Positions 1 through 8,810 are shown, counted from the first letter of the stretch. The stretch is 64,000 nt of DNA from an uncultured Candidatus Saccharibacteria bacterium (GCA_964448075.1 CAYUUR010000002.1:94010-158009); one strand, 5' to 3'. Notes: generated by a model not told the origin, from the sequence alone. Program-made: numbers and translations.

Positions 1-101
1 AACACCAGTTGCGTTGCGGTTTCGGCGAGCTCTGGGCAGACGTTATCGTCTACAATCTGCTGAGCCAAGTCGTCAAGTTGTTGCTGTTTACTTTGTGCCA
101 T
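1..101 (-). CDS. 5' end of a CDS running off the window start (hypothetical)
   Basis: ATG at 101-99 opens the frame MAQSKQQQLDDLAQQIVDDNVCPELAETATQLV, which stays open to position 1. It is absent from the ORF track only because it is truncated. It overlaps the stop of the 88..309 ORF by 14 nt. Confidence 0.3.
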   Translation of the reverse strand, partial: MAQSKQQQLDDLAQQIVDDNVCPELAETATQLV

Positions 102-309
102 GACGATACGTAAGCGCTCTGTACAGGTTAGTGAGTGAGCCGACGGTAAACACGATGGCGAACAGATATGCCCACATGCTACCCGAGCCAATTGCCCAGG
201 TGGCCGCTGCAAACGCCAGCGCACCCTCGATCATGGCCGAAATGCCATAACCAACACGCGTTTCCTTGATCTGCTTTAGACGCTCGAGCATGTTAGCGCT
301 TTTTGCCAT
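88..309 (-). CDS. small membrane protein, hypothetical
   Basis: 73-aa ORF with two hydrophobic stretches (GISAMIEGALAFAAATWAIG, WAYLFAIVFTVGSL). Co-directional with and overlapping the next small ORF. Confidence 0.5.
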   Translation of the reverse strand: MAKSANMLERLKQIKETRVGYGISAMIEGALAFAAATWAIGSGSMWAYLFAIVFTVGSLTNLYRALTYRHGTK

Positions 310-502
310 GATTCCCTCTGTCCGCTAATACGCCAACGATGAAACCGCTCACCAGCAGCAAAAAGGCTCCTGTGCCAGCATAGCCGTCGTTCTGAATGAC
401 TACGCCAGACTGACCAGACTGGGTTACAAACATAATGCCGTAGTAGCCCGCGACGAGCGCTATTGCCAAAAGGATTATTCTTAGTTTTTTGTTCCGAACC
501 AT
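293..502 (-). CDS. small membrane protein, hypothetical
   Basis: 69-aa ORF with two hydrophobic stretches (LRIILLAIALVAGYYGIMFV, GAFLLLVSGFIVGVLA). Lies 9 nt downstream of the pnp stop. Confidence 0.5.
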   Translation of the reverse strand: MVRNKKLRIILLAIALVAGYYGIMFVTQSGQSGVVIQNDGYAGTGAFLLLVSGFIVGVLADRGNHGKKR

Positions 503-511
503 GGTCCCCCC

Positions 512-2647
512 TTACTTTTCTTTCACTTCCCTTGCGGCGGCTTTCATGCTGAGTTGCAGGCGGCCCTTGTCATCGATCGCGACGAGTTTCACGGTCACTT
601 TGTCGCCTTCTTTAACGACGTCACTCGGTTTGTTGACACGCTCTTCGCTCATTTCTGAAACGTGCACCAAGCCATCTTTGCCTGGCATGATCTGCACAAA
701 CGCACCGAAGTCCATTACGCTCACGACTGGTACATCGACGTAGATCTTGCCAACTTCTGGCTCAGCCGTGATCTGCTGCACCATCTCAATCGCGGCGTCG
801 ATCGACTTCTTGTCTGGGCTTGCAATAAACACCGTGCCGTCGTCTTTGATGTCGATCTCGGCGCCGGTTTCGGCAATGATCTTATTGATCGTTTCGCCAC
901 CTTTACCTATGACTTCGCGAATCTTGTCTGGGTTGATCTGGATTGATTCCACGCGTGGTGCGTACGGACTCAGTTCAGTATTTGGTGCCTTGATTGTTTC
1001 GAGCATGTGCTCAAGGATATGCGCGCGGCCCGTCTTACCCTGCTCCAGGGCTTCCTTTAGAATTGCTACTGGTAGTCCATGTACTTTCATGTCCATCTGC
1101 AGCGCCGTGATACCTTCGGTCGTACCGGTCACCTTAAAGTCCATATCACCGGCAAAGTCTTCAGCATCAGCGATGTCACTCAAGATGTACGGCTTGTCAC
1201 CTTCGATCATCAGCCCCATAGCGATACCGCTAACTGGTCGCTTGAGTGGCACACCAGCGTCCATTAATGCTAAACAGCTCGAGCACGTCGCAGCCATAGA
1301 GGTTGAACCGTTCTGGCTCATAATTTCGGTGACTGAACGAACGGTGTATGGGAACTCGGCTTCGGTTGGGAAAACCGCTGCTAACGCACGCTCTGCGAGA
1401 TAGCCATGGCCAATTTCACGACGGCCTGGGCCCATCAAACGCTTCACTTCACCAACGGTCCAGCCTGGAGCATTGTAGTGATGCAAGTAGCGGCGTTCAC
1501 CTTCACGCTCCATAGTGTCAACCAGTTGCACGTAGCTCAGTGGTGCTAATGTCACGATATTCATCGCTTGCGTCAGACCGCGCGTAAAGATGCTCGAACC
1601 GTGCGCACGTGGCAAAATGCCAATCTCACTGCTCAGCTCGCGTACTTCTGTCAGCTTGCGACCATCTGGACGGATTTGCTTCTCGATAATACCCTTACGA
1701 ACATCCTTGTGAAGCGCCATCGTGAACGCTTCGTGATATTCACTTTTAACATCGGCGTAGTCATCGCCGAGTTTTTCGGCAAAGTGCTCATCCATCTGAT
1801 CACGTAACACGCTGATCAAATCATTACGCTCTGGGTATGGCGCGTGAAGGTTTTCGCCCAGTTTGCCATCAACCCAAGCATCAATGTCTTTTTGAATCTG
1901 CTCATCAGGTAGGGTCAGTTCATATTCTTGCTTCTCGACAGCCAGCTTGTTAACGAGTTCTTCTTGCAGCTTAATGGCTGGCTGCATGGTCTTGTATGCC
2001 CAGTCGAGTGCTTTGACGACTTCTTCTTCGGTTGCTTCGTTGGCGCCGGCCTCTACCATCATGATGCCGTCTTTGGTACCAGCAACGACAAGGTCTAGTT
2101 TGCTGCTTGAAAGCTCCTCAGCGTTCATGAATGCGACGAAATCATCACCCTTCATGCCAACGCGCACACCAGATACAGGTCCTTCAAATGGCGCACCAGT
2201 CAGCATCAGCGCAGTCGAGACTGCAATCATCGCAATCATATCCGGACGAAAGGCTGGATCCATACTGAGAACAGTTGCGATCCCCTGCACTTCGTGACGG
2301 TAGCCTTTTGGCCACAGTGGACGAATCGGACGGTCGATCAGGCGACCAATCAGGATGGCTTCATCTGAAGGACGGCCTTCACGCTTAATAAAACGAGAAC
2401 CGCTGATCTTGCCAGCTGCATACATTTTTTCTTCGTAATCAATGCTGAGTGGGAAGTAGTCAAAACCTTGCACTGGTTTTGCACCCACCATGGCTGTTCC
2501 GAGTACAACCGTGTCGCCGTAACGTACTAATACGCTGGCACTACTACGGAAGCCGACGCGGCCGACTTCAAGTGAAAGCGTCTGTCCGCAGAACTCTGTT
2601 TCTACTTTTGTTATTTCTTTTCCTAGAGGATTAATGGTTGATCCCAT
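512..2647 (-). CDS. pnp: polynucleotide phosphorylase (polyribonucleotide nucleotidyltransferase)
   Basis: Two RNase PH-like halves followed by KH (GKGGETINKIIAETGAEIDI) and S1 (GKIYVDVPVVSVMDFGAFVQIMPGKDGLVHVSEMS) domains. Start placed at ATG 2647 (MGSTINPLGKE), which has GAAAGGAAAA just upstream. The track ORF extends to 2716. Confidence 0.95.
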   Translation of the reverse strand: MGSTINPLGKEITKVETEFCGQTLSLEVGRVGFRSSASVLVRYGDTVVLGTAMVGAKPVQGFDYFPLSIDYEEKMYAAGKISGSRFIKREGRPSDEAILIGRLIDRPIRPLWPKGYRHEVQGIATVLSMDPAFRPDMIAMIAVSTALMLTGAPFEGPVSGVRVGMKGDDFVAFMNAEELSSSKLDLVVAGTKDGIMMVEAGANEATEEEVVKALDWAYKTMQPAIKLQEELVNKLAVEKQEYELTLPDEQIQKDIDAWVDGKLGENLHAPYPERNDLISVLRDQMDEHFAEKLGDDYADVKSEYHEAFTMALHKDVRKGIIEKQIRPDGRKLTEVRELSSEIGILPRAHGSSIFTRGLTQAMNIVTLAPLSYVQLVDTMEREGERRYLHHYNAPGWTVGEVKRLMGPGRREIGHGYLAERALAAVFPTEAEFPYTVRSVTEIMSQNGSTSMAATCSSCLALMDAGVPLKRPVSGIAMGLMIEGDKPYILSDIADAEDFAGDMDFKVTGTTEGITALQMDMKVHGLPVAILKEALEQGKTGRAHILEHMLETIKAPNTELSPYAPRVESIQINPDKIREVIGKGGETINKIIAETGAEIDIKDDGTVFIASPDKKSIDAAIEMVQQITAEPEVGKIYVDVPVVSVMDFGAFVQIMPGKDGLVHVSEMSEERVNKPSDVVKEGDKVTVKLVAIDDKGRLQLSMKAAAREVKEK

Positions 2648-2772
2648 TGTTTTCCTTTCTTCAAGAGTCATCACTGAAGGGCAAATATACGGTGCAGGCC
2701 TTATGCAACCAGCCATATATCTGATTCATCAGCGACGATGTTCTCTTTTAGTGTTAATGTGCACAAGTCTAT

Positions 2773-2797
2773 CTGGCTGTCCGTTTGGGACAGCCGG
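2773..2797 (-). promoter_or_regulatory. GC-rich stem-loop between rpsO and pnp (possible processing/attenuation hairpin)
   Basis: ggctgtcc-gtttg-ggacagcc forms an 8-bp perfect stem, extendable by 2 bp, 16 nt after the rpsO stop. No U-run follows, so it is not a canonical terminator. Its position matches the rpsO-pnp leader hairpin known in E. coli. Confidence 0.4.
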
Positions 2798-2812
2798 ACG
2801 CATCTATGCAGA

Positions 2813-3079
2813 TTAGCGGCGGATGCCGAGTTTTTCTGTGATTGCGAGGTATGATTGACTATCTTTTTTAGCCAAATAACGGAGTAAACGCTTGCGCTTA
2901 CCAACCATTTGCAAGAGTCCACGGCGAGCCATGAAATCTTTCTTGTTGGTCTGAAGGTGTTCAGTAATTTCTTTGATTCGTTCGGTCAAAATACCAATTT
3001 GTACCTCTGGTGAGCCAACGTCAGTTTTGCTAGTCTGTAAGTCCTTGATAACGGCGCTTTTCTTCTCAGTAGTGATCAT
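2813..3079 (-). CDS. rpsO: 30S ribosomal protein S15
   Basis: 88 aa with [29 protein letters not shown]. Classic rpsO-pnp gene order. Confidence 0.95.
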   Translation of the reverse strand: MITTEKKSAVIKDLQTSKTDVGSPEVQIGILTERIKEITEHLQTNKKDFMARRGLLQMVGKRKRLLRYLAKKDSQSYLAITEKLGIRR

Positions 3080-3143
3080 ATATTCCTTTATTTACTTAAG
3101 AGTTTGTGATGGCGTTAGCAACAATATACCACACTGGCCTCTG

Positions 3144-3719
3144 TTAAGCAAGACGAACTTTGTGTAAATGGTCGGCACAATCATCACAGAAGCCAACAGT
3201 AGTCGTTTTTGCGAGTACCGTCGTTGTCACGCGACGCATGTCATCAGGGTTATTAACTGCTTCCATGACACAGGCGTTTGAACAATGACCCTCAAAGCGA
3301 GATGTTGCATCGTATTGTGGTTTATCCTCACCCACTAAGCCGACTGCATGACCAGATTCGTGTAATGTCAGTCCAAACAGATCGACACTATCGAGTCGCG
3401 CCGCTGACATAATGAGTGCACCCCCGGCAAAGCGCGACCTTCCATAGCAGTAAGCAATCCTCGCATCAGATGCACCGAGGTCTCTACTGGTCAAATAGAC
3501 ATCAAAAGACCTGTTGTTCCAAGGGGTAACAGATTCTATGACGGCAGAATCTGTCTGCTTGCCATGTTGCGGCAGTAAGTAGTCAAGTTCTGTACGAGTA
3601 ACTTCTGGATGCGCGAGCGCGAGCTGTGGAGTTTGTTCACGAAAAGTGTCTAAAGCAAACTGTACAGCTTCAACGGACTCAGCAGCAACGGCAGTATCTA
3701 CAAAGACTTCCAAACGCAT
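3144..3719 (-). CDS. archaemetzincin-like zinc metallopeptidase (M54-like)
   Basis: HESGHAVG ... GHCSNACVM ... CDDC matches the HExxHxxG / CxxxCxM / CxxC pattern of archaemetzincins. Confidence 0.65.
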   Translation of the reverse strand: MRLEVFVDTAVAAESVEAVQFALDTFREQTPQLALAHPEVTRTELDYLLPQHGKQTDSAVIESVTPWNNRSFDVYLTSRDLGASDARIAYCYGRSRFAGGALIMSAARLDSVDLFGLTLHESGHAVGLVGEDKPQYDATSRFEGHCSNACVMEAVNNPDDMRRVTTTVLAKTTTVGFCDDCADHLHKVRLA

Positions 3720-3746
3720 AATTGCATATTATAACACTTTTTATGC

Positions 3747-5423
3747 TTATTTGTCAATAGTTTGTTGCACGCTCACTGTTTCGCCGCCGAGGTTGCGGGC
3801 AAAGTATGAATCGTGCGATATATAGATGATTGCACCGTTGTAATGCGCCAGCGCGTCCTCCAGCTCTTCTATGCTTGGTAGGTCAAGGTGGTTGGTCGGC
3901 TCATCAAGGATCAACACCTGCGGATTACCAGCCAGCATGTTGATCAGCTGAAAGCGCGCCTTCTGACCACCACTCAGGCGGCTCAGCGGCACTTCCCCAT
4001 CTGTAGCTGGGTTAAACAGGTAGTCCCCGAGCAGTTGCTTGATAAGCGTCTCGCCAATCGGCACGTCTTTGGCCATATAGGCCTGCTCGATAGCCTCGTT
4101 TAGGGTAAGGTGCAGGTATTTCTCAGCAATTTCTTGCTCGTAGATACCAATACGGAGTGCTTTTTCAACAGCGACCGTGCCACCGAATTGTTTACAGGCC
4201 GGTGTTTGATCACGCGCTTTCGCAACAATAGCATTCAGTAAAGTCGATTTACCAGCACCGTTACGTCCATGCAAGCGCAAGCGGTCTTTGGCGCGTAACT
4301 GGAAGGATACGTCCGTAAACAACGGTACTTCCCCGTAACCAAGCCCAAGCTTTGAGACTTCAATCAGCATACGCTCTGAATCTTCATTTCCACCCTTGGT
4401 GTTGACCTTGATGTTGCGTGCTTTGTGCTTTTTATAAGCTTCGCTCATTTTCTCGTTCAGCTCGCCTGCCGAATCACGATCAATCCAGAATGACGGTGTA
4501 TCGATAGCTTCGAGCCGCGCTAGCTCTTCTCTGGCCTGATTCTCTTGGCTTTTAAAGCGATGTATCGTGCCAGGGTCGTTCGCGCGTTCCTTGAGGCGAC
4601 GGAAGCGTATGATGTTTTCTTTGAGGTTAGCGATTCGTCGCTGAGTAACATTGTGTTCGTTGACCTGCGAAACGGTTTTTACCGCATTGATACGCAGGTA
4701 ATCGTCGTAGTTACCAGGGAAACTAATGGCGTGTTCGTCCTTGACCTCAATAATTCGGTCAACCGCCTGGAGTACATCGCGGTCGTGTGTGATAACCACC
4801 ACCGCCTCACGAGCGCTTTTGAACCACTTAACAAAGGCTTTTTTGGCTACATAGTCCATGTGGTTGGTCGGCTCGTCAATCAGGGCTAGGTGTGCGCGAG
4901 CACGCTGTACCTTTACTAGTTCAACCAGACGCTTCTGGCCACCACTGAGCTGCTTGAGCAGACCATTAGCGCGTGTTTCATCAATCTGGTAATCATCAAG
5001 TGCCCGCAAAATCTCGCTCTCAACTTCAAAGTAACCGAGCTGGCCAAAACGGTCGAGCGCTTCGTGATACTTCTGCATTTTGTGGTTGCTTTCAGCCATG
5101 TGCGCCGGATACGTGTCGAGAATATGCTTGAGCTGCGCGTAACTGGGCATGTCGTCGAGCACATACTCCAGCACCGTCTTATCCTCATAACCGTGGTGCT
5201 CCTGCCGTGAACCAATCATAATAGCGCCTTTTTTGAGGCGCACTTCTCCGTCAATGTCGGTGTCCTCACCGGTCATAATGTGCAGCAACGTCGTTTTGCC
5301 GGTACCGTTGCGGCCAACCAGACCGACCTTTTCACCGTCCTGAATTTCAAAATGCAAATCTCGGTACAACACTTTGTTGCCGAACGACTTTTCATTAATA
5401 TCAACCGCTATAACCACAAACAC
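3747..5423 (-). CDS. ABC-F family ATPase (tandem ABC cassettes, no TM domain)
   Basis: Walker A motifs GRNGTGKTT and GRNGAGKST, signatures LSGGQKRL and LSGGQKARF, and a charged inter-domain linker. Confidence 0.9.
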   Translation of the reverse strand: MFVVIAVDINEKSFGNKVLYRDLHFEIQDGEKVGLVGRNGTGKTTLLHIMTGEDTDIDGEVRLKKGAIMIGSRQEHHGYEDKTVLEYVLDDMPSYAQLKHILDTYPAHMAESNHKMQKYHEALDRFGQLGYFEVESEILRALDDYQIDETRANGLLKQLSGGQKRLVELVKVQRARAHLALIDEPTNHMDYVAKKAFVKWFKSAREAVVVITHDRDVLQAVDRIIEVKDEHAISFPGNYDDYLRINAVKTVSQVNEHNVTQRRIANLKENIIRFRRLKERANDPGTIHRFKSQENQAREELARLEAIDTPSFWIDRDSAGELNEKMSEAYKKHKARNIKVNTKGGNEDSERMLIEVSKLGLGYGEVPLFTDVSFQLRAKDRLRLHGRNGAGKSTLLNAIVAKARDQTPACKQFGGTVAVEKALRIGIYEQEIAEKYLHLTLNEAIEQAYMAKDVPIGETLIKQLLGDYLFNPATDGEVPLSRLSGGQKARFQLINMLAGNPQVLILDEPTNHLDLPSIEELEDALAHYNGAIIYISHDSYFARNLGGETVSVQQTIDK

Positions 5424-5442
5424 GCTACTTTCTATTTATAAA

Positions 5443-6123
5443 CTACTGAAGGATAACACTTTTGAGAGATTCTGGTGTCAGATTAGCCATGGCGTGAGCG
5501 TTTTTAATGTCATAGGTTCCAACTTTTATCCGCCTCAAATCAGACATATACGCGCCAGTGGCAAGCATTTCACCGATGTCGCGCACTAAAGAACGAATAT
5601 AGGTACCGCTCGAAACATGGGACGTAAACTTAACAAATGGAAAGTCGTATGACACTTCCGTAATAGCATGGATGGTTACTGTACGTGGCTCCATTTTGAC
5701 TTCCTTACCCGCGCGAGCAAGCTTGTACGCTCGTTGACCGTTCACCTTGATGGCGCTGAAAGCCGGTGGAGTTTGCTGAATCTCACCAACAAAAGACTGT
5801 AAGGTCTGTTTTATTTCCTCAATCTCCGGTCTTCGGTCTCCAGTCTGAGTTTTCTCACCCTCTTCATCATCCGTTGTACTCGTCTCGCCAAGCTTCATCG
5901 TCACTTCATATACTTTGTCGAGTTTAGAGAACTCCTCGGCGCGTTTACAGTAACTTCCCAGGACAACAATCATGAGACCTGTCGCTAATGGGTCGAGTGT
6001 GCCGGTGTGCCCTACTTTGGGCTTCTTGAGCCCCGTTTCACGCTTCACCTGGCCTCGAACCTTAGCCACGACGTCAAAACTCGTCCAGCCTTTTGGCTTA
6101 TCTATAAGCAGAATTCCATCCAT
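5443..6123 (-). CDS. truB: tRNA pseudouridine(55) synthase
   Basis: MDGILLIDKPKGWTSFDVV N-terminus and the GHTGTLDPLATGLMIVVLG catalytic-Asp motif. The start at 6123 has no obvious SD (see findings). Confidence 0.9.
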   Translation of the reverse strand: MDGILLIDKPKGWTSFDVVAKVRGQVKRETGLKKPKVGHTGTLDPLATGLMIVVLGSYCKRAEEFSKLDKVYEVTMKLGETSTTDDEEGEKTQTGDRRPEIEEIKQTLQSFVGEIQQTPPAFSAIKVNGQRAYKLARAGKEVKMEPRTVTIHAITEVSYDFPFVKFTSHVSSGTYIRSLVRDIGEMLATGAYMSDLRRIKVGTYDIKNAHAMANLTPESLKSVILQ

Positions 6124-6145
6124 TAGATTCTACTGTACCACTGAC

Positions 6146-6218
6146 AAGGGAAAAGAGCAGCCCGAGAGACGAATTCATTTCGTCCCCGGCGCGACGAGAA
6201 AAACCGTAGGTTTGTCTC
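6146..6218 (+). repeat. copy 1 of a ~75-nt structured interspersed repeat
   Basis: AAGGGAAAAGAGCAGCC...GACGAA-ttcat-TTCGTC...GAGAAAAACC-gta-GGTTTGTCTC. Alignable end to end with 34697-34771 (reverse complement) and 63165-63241. Confidence 0.85.
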
Positions 6219-6228
6219 TGTTATGAGT

Positions 6229-6278
6229 CTCGTCCAGCCTTTTGGCTTATCTATAAGGAGTAATCCGTCGTAGTTCAT
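6229..6278 (-). pseudogene. displaced truB 5' fragment (ancestral start region)
   Basis: The minus strand reads ATG AAC TAC GAC GGA TTA CTC CTT ATA GAT AAG CCA AAA GGC TGG ACG AG = MNYDGLLLIDKPKGWT. Nucleotides 6229-6257 are identical to 6080-6108 inside truB. It sits 15 nt after the upstream gene's stop, with AAGG about 13 nt upstream. Confidence 0.65.
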
Positions 6279-6293
6279 GACGGACAGTATACC

Positions 6294-8228
6294 TTAGAGC
6301 GGCTGGTTAGGCGGCAATGGTGGCTGCGGACTGCTCATGGTCGGGGGCATAGCCTGTGATGGCATCGGCGGCATCATTGGTGGTGGCACGGGTGGTGGTG
6401 GCGTGGCTGGGCCGCTACTTCCCGAAATATCCTTAGGAGCACTTGGCGGTACAAGATTTGTTGGAACCGTTGATGACACACCGGTGTCGATAATATTTGG
6501 CAAAGGTGGTGCTGGCGAGAACGAAGGCGGGGTTGGCGCACTTGGATTAACAAATGGTTGTGACGCCGATGGCCCAAAGTCGCTATTTACTGATGGCATA
6601 CTCGACTGTAGCGGTTGTGGTGATGTTGCCTGAACAGGAGTTGGTGGTGTGATTGTTGGATTTGGCGGCATACTCATGTCACCACTCGGAGCTGGCGTCG
6701 TGTTGAACGGGTCAGCATTGTTGACCGGGGACGCTGATGGTTTCATATCTGCCCCTGTTGGCGCAACTGAGGGTGATGGCGTATCGCCAAAGGTCGGCAC
6801 AGTAGCCTGTGATGCTGGCTCAGCGGCAGAATCGTGACCAAGATTTAGGTTAACTGGCTGTGCCCCAAGTGCTTGAATTGGCTCAAGATTCTTTTCTGGA
6901 TCACCGCCAACTTCGATAGCCTCATCCACTGCCTCACGGGCGTCTTCTATCTGTTCTTCATGTGACTCTTTATTGTTTTCATCAGAGACTGGCTCATTAC
7001 TGGATGTGTCGTCTGTCTTTTCGTTTGCATTGTTTGAAGCATCTGAAGACTCAGGCAACGGCGCGACTGAAGCTGCCGCAGAACGACTGAGCATACTACC
7101 GTCATCGGTGCGAGGAGCGCCTGCACTCAGCGGATCGGTTGAGGGATCAAGCGACAAATGTTCAGGCACACTATTTGCAGTTAATTTGCCCCCCAGCGTT
7201 GGAGGCTCGAGGGTCATAGTGTTGGCTTTCGGTGGTTCATCAGTTGTTGGCCGAACATTATCAATTGCCGGCCCATTGTCCTCATCTTTTGGCGACAACG
7301 TTTCAGCAGGTTCAGCGTCATCTATCGTCAACGCAATGTCATCATCGTTCGGCTCTGGTAGATCGATCTCTGGTTCGGTTGGCGGCACGGGCTTTTCATC
7401 TTCGACCGGTTTTTCAGGTTCATGCTCAATAGTAAGTTCACCGTCATCTGTCTCAGATGGCTTTTTAACTGTGCTCACTGTCAGGGGTGCGTCAAGCTTA
7501 TTGGCAATCAGTTGCTGGTTGGCGCCTGCCCCCATCAACTCAGAGGCAAGCTTCATGGTTGCAGGGCTCGTCTTCTCATTACTAAAGCGATCCGTTTCGG
7601 CCACAATACCAGTCATCAGTGCAGTAGCTATCTGGTTATCAAAAGCTTCGTGGCTTAATTCTTGCCCAACGAGCGCCATCATTTCGCTCAAACTACTCGC
7701 CTGCAAGTCAACCCAGTTGATAGTGCCAAGACTTCCCTGATCTTTGTTGTTAACCGATATAACAGTGGCGTCGTGCAAGATTCGCCCGTGTGCAACGATG
7801 GCTTGGTCAAGATCTGCTTTCTGATGTACGCCCAACGCCAACACGACATCAACATTGAAATCGCCCTGACTAAAATCTAGGTCTTTATCACTAATACTTG
7901 TTCGATACGGGGTAATGAAGATCTTAACGACAGTATCTTCGACTTTGTAGCGCAGTTTGTCTGCCTTGGATTTATCAAGTGCAATGATAAAATCGCGTAA
8001 CGAATCAGTGTTCTTTTCGAGTGTGTTATCTGGCTGCAAAAACTCCAGTGTCGACGGTACGTCACCACTGAAGACTGCCGCACCACGCTTGCCAACCTTG
8101 TTGAGCAAGAGTGTAAACCCAATACACGCCGCCAATTGATCCACCGTTGGATTGTTGCTGACCGTAACCAACACATTAGTTGCTTCTTTGAGTCGAGCGA
8201 CGAGTGAATCTTTTGCGTTTGGGTCCAT
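6294..8228 (-). CDS. DHH/NrnA-like domain protein with degenerate catalytic motifs and ~400-aa Pro/Ser/Thr/Asp-rich tail
   Basis: The N-terminal ~245 aa align by eye to NrnA-type DHH/DHHA1 (GIVAETDRF vs GIVGDTGRF). However, motif I reads SNNPTVD and the DHH position reads VNNKD. The C-terminal part is low complexity (PPPPVPPPMMPPMP etc.). Confidence 0.65.
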   Translation of the reverse strand: MDPNAKDSLVARLKEATNVLVTVSNNPTVDQLAACIGFTLLLNKVGKRGAAVFSGDVPSTLEFLQPDNTLEKNTDSLRDFIIALDKSKADKLRYKVEDTVVKIFITPYRTSISDKDLDFSQGDFNVDVVLALGVHQKADLDQAIVAHGRILHDATVISVNNKDQGSLGTINWVDLQASSLSEMMALVGQELSHEAFDNQIATALMTGIVAETDRFSNEKTSPATMKLASELMGAGANQQLIANKLDAPLTVSTVKKPSETDDGELTIEHEPEKPVEDEKPVPPTEPEIDLPEPNDDDIALTIDDAEPAETLSPKDEDNGPAIDNVRPTTDEPPKANTMTLEPPTLGGKLTANSVPEHLSLDPSTDPLSAGAPRTDDGSMLSRSAAASVAPLPESSDASNNANEKTDDTSSNEPVSDENNKESHEEQIEDAREAVDEAIEVGGDPEKNLEPIQALGAQPVNLNLGHDSAAEPASQATVPTFGDTPSPSVAPTGADMKPSASPVNNADPFNTTPAPSGDMSMPPNPTITPPTPVQATSPQPLQSSMPSVNSDFGPSASQPFVNPSAPTPPSFSPAPPLPNIIDTGVSSTVPTNLVPPSAPKDISGSSGPATPPPPVPPPMMPPMPSQAMPPTMSSPQPPLPPNQPL

Positions 8229-8306
8229 TGTTTATTCCATAGTTTTTATTTTGGTACCTTTAAGGCGAGATTACCATAGACTGCTTATGTTTGTCCAGTC
8301 TTTTTC

Positions 8307-8335
8307 TTTACAATCCCGCCCCTGTAAGGTATAGT
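8307..8335 (+). promoter_or_regulatory. sigma70-type promoter for rpsT
   Basis: TTTACA, 17-nt spacer, TATAGT, about 42 nt upstream of the ATG. AAGGA RBS at 8366-8370. Confidence 0.55.
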
Positions 8336-8377
8336 AGTCAGTCGATAACCAGCAAACTGTAATGAAAAAGGAACTAC

Positions 8378-8782
8378 ATGCCCATTATCAAATCAGCTAA
8401 GAAGCGCGTACGTGTTGCAAAAAAAGCCGCCGTTCGTAACAGCAAGACCAAGCGAACTCTGCGAACTTCTCTGAAGTCATTCCAAGCAGCCATAACTGGC
8501 GGAAAAGGTATTGATACTGCTCAAGCCGAAGCACAAGCAGCGATCGATACTGCGGTAAAGAAAGGCGTTATTCACAAGAATAAGGCCGCTCGACAGAAGA
8601 AAGCACTTGCCGCAAAAGCTAAGGCTGCCGGTGCAAAGCCAGCTGCTAAGAAAACCAGCAAGCCTGCAAGCAAAACCGCTACTGCAAAAAAGACGACTGC
8701 CAAAGCGCCTGTCAAAAAGGCTGCAGCCAAGAAGCCAGCAGCAAAGAAAACTCCTGCTAAAAAACCAGCCGCCAAGAAATAA
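8378..8782 (+). CDS. rpsT: 30S ribosomal protein S20 with Lys/Ala/Pro-rich C-terminal extension
   Basis: PIIKSAKKRVRVAKKAAVRNSKTKRTLRT ... KGVIHKNKAARQK is the S20 core (~85 aa). It is followed by a 49-aa AKKPAAKK-type tail. Confidence 0.9.
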   Translation: MPIIKSAKKRVRVAKKAAVRNSKTKRTLRTSLKSFQAAITGGKGIDTAQAEAQAAIDTAVKKGVIHKNKAARQKKALAAKAKAAGAKPAAKKTSKPASKTATAKKTTAKAPVKKAAAKKPAAKKTPAKKPAAKK

Positions 8783-8810
8783 CCCGTCACTACAGCCGCT
8801 TAGGCTCACG

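Noticed and set aside
489-2816. Plus-strand ORFs of 60-218 aa inside pnp (e.g. 747..1403, 1947..2297), plus the 23-codon upstream extension of pnp to 2716.
   Set aside because: They lie antisense to or out of frame with a full-length, motif-rich pnp. Their translations are low complexity (S/A/P/L-rich) with no motifs. The extension lacks an RBS, whereas ATG 2647 has GAAAGGA upstream.
5972-6226. Possibility that the interspersed repeat encodes a small conserved peptide. KGKEQPER... appears in the same frame in copies 1 and 3, and KGKEQPA in copy 2.
   Set aside because: Copy 2 hits a stop after 7 codons, and copies 1 and 3 shift frame by 4 nt in hairpin 2. There is no shared start codon or RBS, and the ORF at copy 1 is simply antisense to truB. 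The similarity is a by-product of nucleotide identity.
6337-7740. Repetitive-looking DNA and several long antisense or alternative-frame ORFs (e.g. 6973..7740, 255 aa). Considered as a possible repeat array or separate genes.
   Set aside because: The periodicity comes from the Pro/Ser/Thr-rich coding region of the 644-aa minus-strand ORF. There are no regularly spaced identical repeats, so this is not CRISPR-like. The antisense translations are S/G/A low-complexity mirror images.
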